The notes under the pieces were generated by a model that was not told the origin of the DNA, searched no databases, and worked only from the letters and a program-made list of their open reading frames with translations. A program made the translations under genes and the position numbers. 42,749 bases of DNA from Minisyncoccia bacterium (GTDB taxonomy: Bacteria; Patescibacteriota; Minisyncoccia; Phycocordibacterales; UBA918). The first letter of the stretch is position 1; the number at the start of each line of letters is the position of its first letter. Positions 1-7,762 of this stretch are shown here, piece by piece. The stretch is from assembly GCA_041752975.1 (NCBI GenBank), contig JBGSVK010000048.1:1-42749 (forward strand). The letters run 5' to 3'.

Positions 1-22
1 ATCAAACGATTAACTACTATAA

Positions 23-288
23 TCAGAGGCGGATACATTCAGCGCATGGCGTGCCGCCGGTGGTATTTGCGCAGCAGCAAGAGACGAAGTATTATTAACT
101 GACTTTAGAAACGGTGTGCCATTTTTGGGGTACCTTCCACACCGACCGAGAGGCCAAAACTGCTCACCGAGTAGGAAGCCGACGAACTGATCGCCGAATT
201 CAAGCGCCTGAAGGATTGGCCAGCCAAAGGATGGCTCAATCCCATCAGCCTGCCGGCGGAATTGGTCAAGATGGTGAACAACCTCTGA
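23..288 (+). pseudogene. possible decayed gene remnant inside a GC-rich (~54% GC) island
   Basis: A protein-like frame 2 (from 23) continues into frame 1 (109-288) only if a frameshift is assumed near the T5G4 run at 122-130. Frame 1 has an in-frame TAG at 172-174 and ends at TGA 286-288. There is no usable start codon. An intrinsic terminator follows at 311-346. Confidence 0.25.
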
Positions 289-310
289 TCAGGAACAAAG
301 CAATGAACAT

Positions 311-346
311 GGCCCCTAGCGCAAGCGCTGGGGGCCTACTTTTTTA
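311..346 (+). terminator. rho-independent terminator
   Basis: GC-rich hairpin GGCCCCTAGCGC / GCGCTGGGGGCC (one G-T wobble) followed by TACTTTTTTAT. Confidence 0.75.
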
Positions 347-405
347 TATTTTGAATTCTATTTAGAATAGTATCTTGAATTAATTTTATATCTTAAACGC
401 AAATT

Positions 406-434
406 TTGACAAGAACTATTTTCGAATTTATAAT
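406..434 (+). promoter_or_regulatory. consensus sigma70-type promoter of grpE-dnaK-dnaJ
   Basis: TTGACA (406-411), a 17-nt spacer, TATAAT (429-434). The ATG at 441 lies only 6 nt after the -10 box and no SD is present, so the transcript is probably leaderless. Confidence 0.7.
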
Positions 435-440
435 AGTAAT

Positions 441-1049
441 ATGGTGAATAAAAATGATAAACAGACACCTCAGGATGACGTAGAAATCACCAGTTTCGAA
501 ACTGAAGAAAACGAACCTGAGCTAGAAGAAATAGAAAATGGAGTTAATGGATTTAATAATACTTTACGAGACAAATTAAAAGTCTGTGAAGCTGAAAAAA
601 GAGAAGTTTTAGAAGAATTACAAAGAGCCAAAGCAGACTTTCTTAACGCAAAGAAACGACTTGAAGAAGAAAGACTGCGTGATAGGGAGAGATCTCTAAT
701 AAAACATATTGAGTCATTAATACCACTTTGTGATAGTTTTCAAGTTGCAATGTCAGACAAGAGTGTCTGGGAAAAGGCAGATGAAAACTGGCGAAAGGGA
801 ATTGAGGGTATTAACGCTCAACTACAAGGCATACTTTCCTCAAGCAATGTAACAATGATTAATCCCAAGAGTGAGAATTTCAACCCTCATCAACATGAAG
901 CATTGTCTACTCTCAAAGTTGAAAGCGCAGAGGCACACGATAAAGTAATTGAAGTTGTTCAAATGGGTTACGAACTTAAGAAAAATGACGGAACGACTGA
1001 ACTCATAAGACCTGCGAGAGTAATTATTGGAACTTACGAAAAAAATTAA
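441..1049 (+). CDS. grpE: nucleotide exchange factor GrpE
   Basis: 202 aa with a coiled-coil N-terminal half and a GrpE-like C-terminus. It sits directly upstream of dnaK and dnaJ. Confidence 0.9.
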   Translation: MVNKNDKQTPQDDVEITSFETEENEPELEEIENGVNGFNNTLRDKLKVCEAEKREVLEELQRAKADFLNAKKRLEEERLRDRERSLIKHIESLIPLCDSFQVAMSDKSVWEKADENWRKGIEGINAQLQGILSSSNVTMINPKSENFNPHQHEALSTLKVESAEAHDKVIEVVQMGYELKKNDGTTELIRPARVIIGTYEKN

Positions 1050-1078
1050 TACTTTTTAGTTAAAATAAAAAATAAATT

Positions 1079-2977
1079 ATGGCTAAAATACTTGGAATAG
1101 ATTTAGGAACAACAAACTCAGCAATGGCTATTATAGAAGCTGGGGAACCAACAATTATCGAAAATAATGAAGGTAACCGAACCACACCATCTATCGTTGC
1201 CATCTCAAAAACAAATGAAAGATTGGCAGGGCAAATTGCAAAGCGACAAGCAGTAACTAATCCTACTAATACTATCTATGGTATTAAGCGCTTTATGGGA
1301 CACACCTTTGAAGAGGAGGCCGTCCAAAAAGATAAAGCAATTGTGCCTTATGAAGTAAAAAAAGGAAGTGACGGAGGCGCGGTAGTAGTTATGGGTGGCA
1401 AAGAGTATCGACCAGAGGAAGTATCAGCAATGATTCTTTCAAAACTAAAGGCTGATGCCGAAGCAAAACTTGGTGAAAAAATTACTGAAGCAGTTATTAC
1501 TGTACCAGCGTACTTTAATGACACGCAAAGAAAAGCGACTCAGGATGCTGGAAAAATTGCTGGACTGGAAGTGCGTCGTATCATCAATGAACCAACTGCC
1601 GCAGCGCTTGCCTACGGTTTTAATAAAACGAAAGATGAAAAAATTGTGGTTTACGACTTTGGTGGTGGAACCTTTGATATTTCAGTACTCGAAGTAAGTG
1701 ATGATGTCATTGAAGTTCAATCAACCGACGGTGACGCACACATGGGTGGTCGTGACATTGACCAAGAAATTGTTCGTTACTTTATAGAAGAGTTTAAGAA
1801 GAGTAATGGGGTTGACCTCAGTAAAGACAAATTAGCTCTACAAAGACTTGATGAAACAGCTGAAAAGGCCAAACATGACCTATCTTCAACAAACGAGACC
1901 AATATCAATATTCCATTCATTAGTCAGGGCTCAGACGGACCACTACATATGGAACTGAAACTTACTCGTGCCAAGCTAGAAGATTTGGCTCATGAGTATA
2001 TTGATCGCTCAATCGAAATCACTAAGCGCGCCCTTGAAGCTTCAGGACTGAAGAAGGAAGACATAAATGAAATTATCTTGGTGGGTGGCCAGACACGTAT
2101 GCCTGCTATCCAAAAAGCAGTAAAGGATCTTTTTGGAAAGGAACCAAACAAGAGCGTGAACCCAGATGAAGTGGTGGCACTAGGTGCTGCTATTCAAGCA
2201 GGTATTTTCCAAGGTGATGTAAAAGATATTACTTTGGTAGACGTTATACCACTATCACTAGGTATCGAAACAATGGGAGGGGTTAATACTAAGTTGATTG
2301 AGAAAAATACTCATATCCCAACCAAGAAACAACAAGTATTCTCAACTGCTGCGGACAATCAAACGTCGACAGAAATTCATATTGTTCAAGGAGAACGACC
2401 AATGGCCAACGACAACAAGTCACTTGGTAAATTTGTTTTGGATGGTATTCCACCAGCACCAAGAGGAGTTCCTCAAGTTGAAGTTACTTTTGACGTAGAC
2501 AGTAATGGTGTACTCAATGTCACAGCAAAAGATAAGGCAACTGGAAAAGAACAGTCAATTAGAATTGAAGCTAATTCAGGTCTTTCAGAATCAGATATCG
2601 AACGCATGAAGAAGGAAGCTGAAGATCATGCTGCAGAAGATCAAAAGAAGAAAGATTTGATTGAAACAAAGAACATGGCAGAGCAGTTAATCTACACTGC
2701 AGAGAAAGCTCTAAAGGAGCACGGCGACAAAGTGCCCGCTGAAACAAAAACTGATATTGAAACAAAAATGTCTGCTCTCCGTGAAGCAAAGGATAAGGAC
2801 GACAAATCTATAATCGAAGCAAAGGCTGAAGAACTTTCTACCTCACTACAAAAGATAGGAGAAATTATGCAGAAAGCTGCTGAGGCGCAAAACAACAATA
2901 CCAGTACTGAGAAAAAAGATGAGAATGTTCGTGATGCCGATGTAAAGGATGAAAAAGAGGAGGACAAATCAAACTAA
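1079..2977 (+). CDS. dnaK: molecular chaperone DnaK (Hsp70)
   Basis: Hsp70 signatures [17 protein letters not shown] and [10 protein letters not shown] are present. 632 aa. Confidence 0.99.
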   Translation: MAKILGIDLGTTNSAMAIIEAGEPTIIENNEGNRTTPSIVAISKTNERLAGQIAKRQAVTNPTNTIYGIKRFMGHTFEEEAVQKDKAIVPYEVKKGSDGGAVVVMGGKEYRPEEVSAMILSKLKADAEAKLGEKITEAVITVPAYFNDTQRKATQDAGKIAGLEVRRIINEPTAAALAYGFNKTKDEKIVVYDFGGGTFDISVLEVSDDVIEVQSTDGDAHMGGRDIDQEIVRYFIEEFKKSNGVDLSKDKLALQRLDETAEKAKHDLSSTNETNINIPFISQGSDGPLHMELKLTRAKLEDLAHEYIDRSIEITKRALEASGLKKEDINEIILVGGQTRMPAIQKAVKDLFGKEPNKSVNPDEVVALGAAIQAGIFQGDVKDITLVDVIPLSLGIETMGGVNTKLIEKNTHIPTKKQQVFSTAADNQTSTEIHIVQGERPMANDNKSLGKFVLDGIPPAPRGVPQVEVTFDVDSNGVLNVTAKDKATGKEQSIRIEANSGLSESDIERMKKEAEDHAAEDQKKKDLIETKNMAEQLIYTAEKALKEHGDKVPAETKTDIETKMSALREAKDKDDKSIIEAKAEELSTSLQKIGEIMQKAAEAQNNNTSTEKKDENVRDADVKDEKEEDKSN

Positions 2978-3042
2978 TTTACGCTTTTGCAGTAAAAGCT
3001 TATTTGTGACATAATCGCCACTAATAAGGCCTAAAAGTAAAT

Positions 3043-4110
3043 ATGAAAGACTATTACCAAATACTTGGACTTCAGAAAGGTGCCTCAAAAGATGAGGTAA
3101 AGAAAGCTTTTCGTAAACTCGCAGCTCAACATCATCCAGACAAAAAGACTGGAAATGAAGAAAAGTATAAGGAAATAACTGAGGCATACGCAGTTTTGGG
3201 TGACGATAAGAAGAAAGCTGAATATGACAGTTACGGTCACGCTTTTAACGGATCAGGAGGTCCTAGTGGTGGATTTGGAGGCTTTAATTGGTCAGACTTT
3301 GCTAGCCAAGGTGGATTTAACGGTCAAGGCTTTGAGTTCGATATTAGTGACATCTTTGAGAACTTTGGCTTCGGCGGAGGCGCAAAACAAAGTCGCGGTC
3401 GTGACATATCAATTGAAATTAATTTAAACTTCAAGGAAGCAATCTTTGGAAGCACGAGAAAAGTACTGATAACCAAAAATTCTCTTTGTAGTGAATGCAA
3501 GGGAACGGGTGGCAAACCAAATGCTGGCACAACTACTTGTACAGCCTGTAGCGGTAATGGAAAGGTCAGAGAGACTCGCCAAAGTATCATGGGAAGCTTT
3601 ACTACAGTTAGAGAATGTAATGTCTGTAATGGACGAGGACAAGTTCCGAAGGAAAGATGTGCACATTGTGCCGGTGCAGGTATAAGAAGAGGACAAGAAG
3701 AAATTGAAATTAAAGTACCAGCCGGAATTGAAAACGGTGAAGTCATTAGAATGACGGGAAGGGGAGAAGCGATGCCAAACGGTCAACCAGGCGATCTATA
3801 CGTAAAGATTTACGTTGAACCGCACAAGACGATAAAACGCGAAGGGAACACCCTTTACACAAACCTACCGATAAAACTTACTGATGCTCTCTTGGGTGGT
3901 AGCTACAAAATTGAAACATTGGATGGAGTAATGGAACTTAAAGTACCGGCCGGAATCTCACACAACGAACTACTAAGAATTAAGGAAAAGGGCGTACCAA
4001 CAGAGAGGGGACGAGGGGACTTTATGGTAAGAATCAACATTGAAATACCGAAAAAAATCTCAAAGAAGGCTGAAAAACTAATTCAAGAATTGCGAGAAGA
4101 AGGAATATAA
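3043..4110 (+). CDS. dnaJ: co-chaperone DnaJ
   Basis: J-domain with HPD (AAQHHPDK), a G/F-rich linker and four CxxCxGxG zinc-finger repeats (CSECKGTG, CTACSGNG, CNVCNGRG, CAHCAGAG). Confidence 0.97.
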   Translation: MKDYYQILGLQKGASKDEVKKAFRKLAAQHHPDKKTGNEEKYKEITEAYAVLGDDKKKAEYDSYGHAFNGSGGPSGGFGGFNWSDFASQGGFNGQGFEFDISDIFENFGFGGGAKQSRGRDISIEINLNFKEAIFGSTRKVLITKNSLCSECKGTGGKPNAGTTTCTACSGNGKVRETRQSIMGSFTTVRECNVCNGRGQVPKERCAHCAGAGIRRGQEEIEIKVPAGIENGEVIRMTGRGEAMPNGQPGDLYVKIYVEPHKTIKREGNTLYTNLPIKLTDALLGGSYKIETLDGVMELKVPAGISHNELLRIKEKGVPTERGRGDFMVRINIEIPKKISKKAEKLIQELREEGI

Positions 4111-4111
4111 T

Positions 4112-4150
4112 AAAAAATAAGAGAGCGCTTTCAGTGCTCTCTTATTTTTT
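4112..4150 (+). terminator. rho-independent terminator after dnaJ
   Basis: AAAAAATAAGAGAGC / GCTCTCTTATTTTTT perfect 15-bp arms with a 9-nt loop and a T-run. Confidence 0.8.
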
Positions 4151-4261
4151 ATTAAGCTGTGGTTAGCCCAACTTTACTTATATTTTTAAAACTCATATAC
4201 TGATATCACAACCTCTATATAGAGCTCTGTTTAATTTAAATAATAAGTTCATCTCTATAAA

Positions 4262-5689
4262 ATGAGTGCAATCGTTCCTTCCTTTAAAAAAGATTTTTCT
4301 GGTCCAATTATTATGATTGGATTTGGGTCTATAGGCATCGCAACTCTACCTTTAATCTATCGACATTTGAATCTAAAGAGTAACTCGCTCACGGTTATTT
4401 CTCCAGACGAAACAAACAGATCTATTGCTGAGAGTTATGGTGCTACTTTTTTACATGGAGCGCTAACTGAGGATAATTACATATCAGTACTTCAAACACT
4501 TCTAGGCGATAATCAAGAGAGGGCTTTTATAGTAAATCTTTCAACTGAAGTTTCATCAAAAGATCTTACTATTTTTGCGTCTAAGAATAATGCTCATTAC
4601 ATCGATACGGTAGTGGAACCTTGGCCTGGGTTTTACTTTAACAACAATATATCAAAAGCCGATCAATCAAATTATGCTCTAAGAGAATCTCTTCATGAAC
4701 TTAAATCAGAATTAATAAACACTCCTACCGCAATATCCTGTTGTGGAGCAAATCCAGGAATGGTTTCATGGTTTGTTAAGCAAGCTCTACTAAATATCGC
4801 AAAGGATAACAACTTAGATTTCACTATTCCAAAAACTAGAATAGAGTGGTCTAGACTAATGCAAGAATTACAAATCAAAGGTATCCATATAGCGGAGAGA
4901 GATTCTCAGATTTCTAAACTTGAAAAGAAACCCGGTGTTTTTGTAAATACCTGGTCAGCAGTTGGATGCATTGCAGAATGCCTTCAACCTGCTGAATTAG
5001 GTTGGGGAACAAACGAAAAAGACCTGCCAAACGACGGTCATCAACATAACCAAGGCTGTAAATCATCCATATATCTTGATGCGCCCGGAGGCAATGTTAA
5101 AGTACGAACCTGGACACCAACGGCAGGTAGTCATTATGGTTTCCTTGTAACCCACAATGAAGCGATTTCAATTTCTGACTACTATACAATCAAGGAAGAG
5201 GGTAAGGTTGTTTATAGACCGACTTGTCATTATTCATACCGTCCTATCGAGGCAACAGTAGAATCTTTAGATGAACTGTTTAATAAAAGAAATGGTAAGC
5301 CACACACTGAATTTAAAATTCTAACTGAAGGTGACATTGATTCGGGTTCCGATCAATTAGGAGTACTACTTTTTGGAAACTCTAAAGGGGCCTACTGGTA
5401 TGGATCAACACTTAGTATTGATGAAACAAGACTTTTGGCTCCATATCAAAACGCAACTGGCTTACAAGTATCTTCAGCGGTACTGACAGGAATTTTTTAT
5501 GCATTAAATCACCCTGATGAGGGACTAATAGAGACAGATAACATGGAGTTTAGTGAGTGTCTTGAGATACAAAAGGGATACCTGGGTAAACTTAGTGGTC
5601 ATTACACAAACTGGTCACCAAGAAATGAGATTGAAATTCCTGAAAATGATGATCCTTGGGAGTTTAAATATATTAGGATTAATGATTAA
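4262..5689 (+). CDS. hss: homospermidine synthase (bacterial HSS, saccharopine-dehydrogenase-like fold)
   Basis: 475 aa. Motif strings recalled from bacterial HSS are present: GPIIMIGFGSIG, YIDTVVEPWPGFYF, CCGANPGMVSWFVKQAL, GIHIAERD, FVNTWS, QPAELGWGT, LVTHNEAISI, VYRPTCHYSY, QNATGLQVSSAV. Confidence 0.85.
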   Translation: MSAIVPSFKKDFSGPIIMIGFGSIGIATLPLIYRHLNLKSNSLTVISPDETNRSIAESYGATFLHGALTEDNYISVLQTLLGDNQERAFIVNLSTEVSSKDLTIFASKNNAHYIDTVVEPWPGFYFNNNISKADQSNYALRESLHELKSELINTPTAISCCGANPGMVSWFVKQALLNIAKDNNLDFTIPKTRIEWSRLMQELQIKGIHIAERDSQISKLEKKPGVFVNTWSAVGCIAECLQPAELGWGTNEKDLPNDGHQHNQGCKSSIYLDAPGGNVKVRTWTPTAGSHYGFLVTHNEAISISDYYTIKEEGKVVYRPTCHYSYRPIEATVESLDELFNKRNGKPHTEFKILTEGDIDSGSDQLGVLLFGNSKGAYWYGSTLSIDETRLLAPYQNATGLQVSSAVLTGIFYALNHPDEGLIETDNMEFSECLEIQKGYLGKLSGHYTNWSPRNEIEIPENDDPWEFKYIRIND

Positions 5690-5753
5690 CTAACAGACTT
5701 TAGTTATCCCAATCAAGCCATAATAATCGGTACATTATTAATTAAATGAGGAC

Positions 5754-5759
5754 TATAAT
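5754..5759 (+). promoter_or_regulatory. -10 box (TATAAT) 8 nt upstream of ATG 5768
   Basis: TATAAT at 5754-5759. No SD lies between it and the start codon. Confidence 0.4.
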
Positions 5760-5767
5760 GTATTTAT

Positions 5768-6253
5768 ATGGATAGTACGGTGATAATTCATTTTCTATCG
5801 GAGTCAGCGTACTTACTCGTCGTTTTATTTGTTTTTATTGCAATATCAATATTTAGAGGCAGACAAGCTTTAATTAATCACATCTGTGGTCTGTACTTAG
5901 CATTGCTACTTACAATTCAATTTCCTTATTACGAACTATTATTTAAAGAACTTAACCATTCATCAACTATTGCAATAGCAAAGCTGATACTATTCTTGAT
6001 TGTCACTATTTTGTGTACACTACTATTTAAACGAATAATGCCCGACGAATACCGCGAGGGTAAATTTGAGAGTATAGGAAAAAAAGTCGCCCTGGCTATA
6101 GGTGCAACTATATTAGTTATGAGTTTTAGCTTCAACATCTTACCGGTAACTGAACTATTGGCTCCTGGAACTCCAGTCCAATCACTTTTTGCACCAAAAG
6201 AATACTTCTTTTGGTGGCTACTTGCTCCTTTGATAATTTTAGTGATTAACTAG
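5768..6253 (+). CDS. hypothetical integral membrane protein (about 4-5 TM segments)
   Basis: 161-aa ORF with repeated hydrophobic stretches. I recognise no family. Confidence 0.65.
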   Translation: MDSTVIIHFLSESAYLLVVLFVFIAISIFRGRQALINHICGLYLALLLTIQFPYYELLFKELNHSSTIAIAKLILFLIVTILCTLLFKRIMPDEYREGKFESIGKKVALAIGATILVMSFSFNILPVTELLAPGTPVQSLFAPKEYFFWWLLAPLIILVIN

Positions 6254-6293
6254 ATATAATTAGCAAACTCGGCTATATTAGCTAATAAATAAA

Positions 6294-6995
6294 ATGTCTA
6301 CTGAATTAATTCTGATACTTGGGGTTCTAGCCGGCGCTCTACAAATAATTGGTTATATTATCTACATTAAAGATGATAATATCGACCCGAACCCTGTAAC
6401 TTGGTTCATGTTTGCATATGGTACAGGAATACTCGCTTTGCTGGAGTGGGACAGTGAAGCCACTTTACCTGAATTACTTTTACCTATAGCTTGCTCTGTA
6501 TTTTCCATCTATGTTTCTTATAAGTGCTGGAAAAAAGCCAGAAGACGAGATTCTACTCGATGGTGGCCTGAAGATTGGTGGCCTGAAGACGCTTGGGAGA
6601 GATGGTCGTTTATTTCAGATATTGGAATTACTTTTGCCTATATATTTGCTTGGTTCTTAGCTACCTGGGCGATACTAACCCCTGAATACAGAGAGGCAGC
6701 AGTTATTGCCTTCTTATTTCTTTCTAATTTATCAACTTTTCCTTCCTTTTACCCACTGCTTCGCGAGACATATCTAGACCCAAATAAAGAGAGTTGGAAA
6801 CCGTGGACAATTTGGGCATTTGCCTATGCTGTTCTCGCAATAGTCACTTACACAACTCATCATGAATTCTGGCACGCACTTATGTTCTACCCTTTAAGCA
6901 ATGTATTTCTGCACGGACTAGTTGCATGGCTGGCAAGACCTAGTGCTCAGAAAAGAAAAACCGATTCGCTTAAATTGTCTCAAAATTCATTCTAA
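6294..6995 (+). CDS. hypothetical Trp-rich polytopic membrane protein
   Basis: 233-aa ORF with about 6-7 hydrophobic segments and a charged loop containing RWWPEDWWPEDAWERW. I recognise no family. Confidence 0.65.
   Translation: MSTELILILGVLAGALQIIGYIIYIKDDNIDPNPVTWFMFAYGTGILALLEWDSEATLPELLLPIACSVFSIYVSYKCWKKARRRDSTRWWPEDWWPEDAWERWSFISDIGITFAYIFAWFLATWAILTPEYREAAVIAFLFLSNLSTFPSFYPLLRETYLDPNKESWKPWTIWAFAYAVLAIVTYTTHHEFWHALMFYPLSNVFLHGLVAWLARPSAQKRKTDSLKLSQNSF
6561..6590 (+). repeat. 15-bp tandem duplication inside the CDS (encodes WWPED x2)
   Basis: TGGTGGCCTGAAGAT (6561-6575) is followed by TGGTGGCCTGAAGAC (6576-6590), 14/15 identical. Confidence 0.9.
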
Positions 6996-7053
6996 TAATC
7001 TGAATACACATTTTTAATTTTACAGTTAGCAATAACTGAGCTAGAGTCAAAGT

Positions 7054-7560
7054 ATGAACATGGATCATTTGTACTTGCGTGAGAGCAGAATAAACGGAAA
7101 AGGCTTGCATACATCAAGAAAAATCAAGAAGGGTGAGAGAATTGGAATGATTGAGGGTGAGATTGAAATCGTAAGAAAATGGACACCTGCTTTGTCGCTC
7201 AAGAGTCCAAACTGGATTGGAATTGGAAGATATTCTTGGATTAACACTAAAAATTCACCTTTCAGATTTATAAATCACTCATGCGACCCTAATACATATA
7301 TAGTAGGGAAAAGAACTGTAGTTGCACTAGAGGACATAAAAGAAGGACAGGAAATTACTATGGACTACTCTTTCACAGAAGCAGACAAAGGTTGGAGTAT
7401 TGAGAAATGCACCTGTGGCAGTAGTAATTGCCGAAAGAGAATCGGGCCAATAACTACACTTAGTATTAGCACCTTCAAAAAAAATATTTCATTAATACCT
7501 GAGAACTTTAAGAGAATATTTTTGGTTGACTATCGAAAGTTAACAGCATACAAAAAATAA
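7054..7560 (+). CDS. SET-domain protein-lysine methyltransferase-like protein
   Basis: 168 aa with SET hallmarks: INGKGLH (GxG), RFINHSCDPN, ITMDY, and a post-SET cysteine cluster CTCGSSNCRKRI. Confidence 0.85.
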   Translation: MNMDHLYLRESRINGKGLHTSRKIKKGERIGMIEGEIEIVRKWTPALSLKSPNWIGIGRYSWINTKNSPFRFINHSCDPNTYIVGKRTVVALEDIKEGQEITMDYSFTEADKGWSIEKCTCGSSNCRKRIGPITTLSISTFKKNISLIPENFKRIFLVDYRKLTAYKK

Positions 7561-7602
7561 ATCTCTCCTTTGATATATAATGTTCGTATTGCATTACCAA
7601 AT

Positions 7603-7761
7603 ATGAACAAAGTATTTGCTCTTCGTATATTGTTTTTTACTCTGGTAGTTTTTTCAATTTTTACAATCTATCACTCTAAAGTAGTTCAGAGAGACTACGA
7701 AGTTTTTATGAACCCTGAAGGTCCAGATACAAGTGATTATTTCTTGATAGAGTCAGAATAA
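7603..7761 (+). CDS. small single-TM protein (52 aa), apparently translationally coupled to the histidine kinase
   Basis: ATG at 7603 (MNKVFALRILFFTLVVFSIFTIY...). Its stop at 7759-7761 is 1 nt before the kinase ATG at 7763. The track start at 7570 is a TTG that lies inside a TGATATATAAT promoter-like motif. Confidence 0.45.
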   Translation: MNKVFALRILFFTLVVFSIFTIYHSKVVQRDYEVFMNPEGPDTSDYFLIESE

Positions 7762-7762
7762 T

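Noticed and set aside
1-346. SRP/4.5S-like or other known ncRNA in the first GC-rich island
   Set aside because: GAGUAGGAAGCCGAC superficially recalls the SRP domain IV GGAAGCAGC motif, but the flanking conserved helix 8 sequence is absent. The long-range complementarity (CCGCCGG at 54-60 with CCGGCGG at 253-259) could be chance in GC-rich DNA.
114-365. Track ORF of 83 aa on the plus strand (GTG start)
   Set aside because: It reads straight through the GC-rich terminator hairpin (311-336) and its T-run. It has no SD or promoter, and its amino-acid composition (Arg/Gly/Ala/Pro-rich) is typical of an out-of-frame read of GC-rich DNA.
2969-3187. Minus-strand 72-aa ORF overlapping the dnaK-dnaJ junction
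   Set aside because: It overlaps the conserved J-domain coding sequence in antisense and has no expression signals.
1455-3786. Many nested or antisense track ORFs inside dnaK and dnaJ (for example 1455-1697, 2298-2498, 2571-2789, 2692-2967, 3200-3427, 3324-3746, 3424-3786)
   Set aside because: They lie entirely within, or antisense to, strongly conserved chaperone genes. They have low-complexity or odd composition and lack start signals, so they are shadow ORFs. The same reasoning applies to the other short overlapping track ORFs across the window (for example 8437-8757, 13290-13583, 25039-25278, 33058-33354, 36889-37116, 40168-40482).
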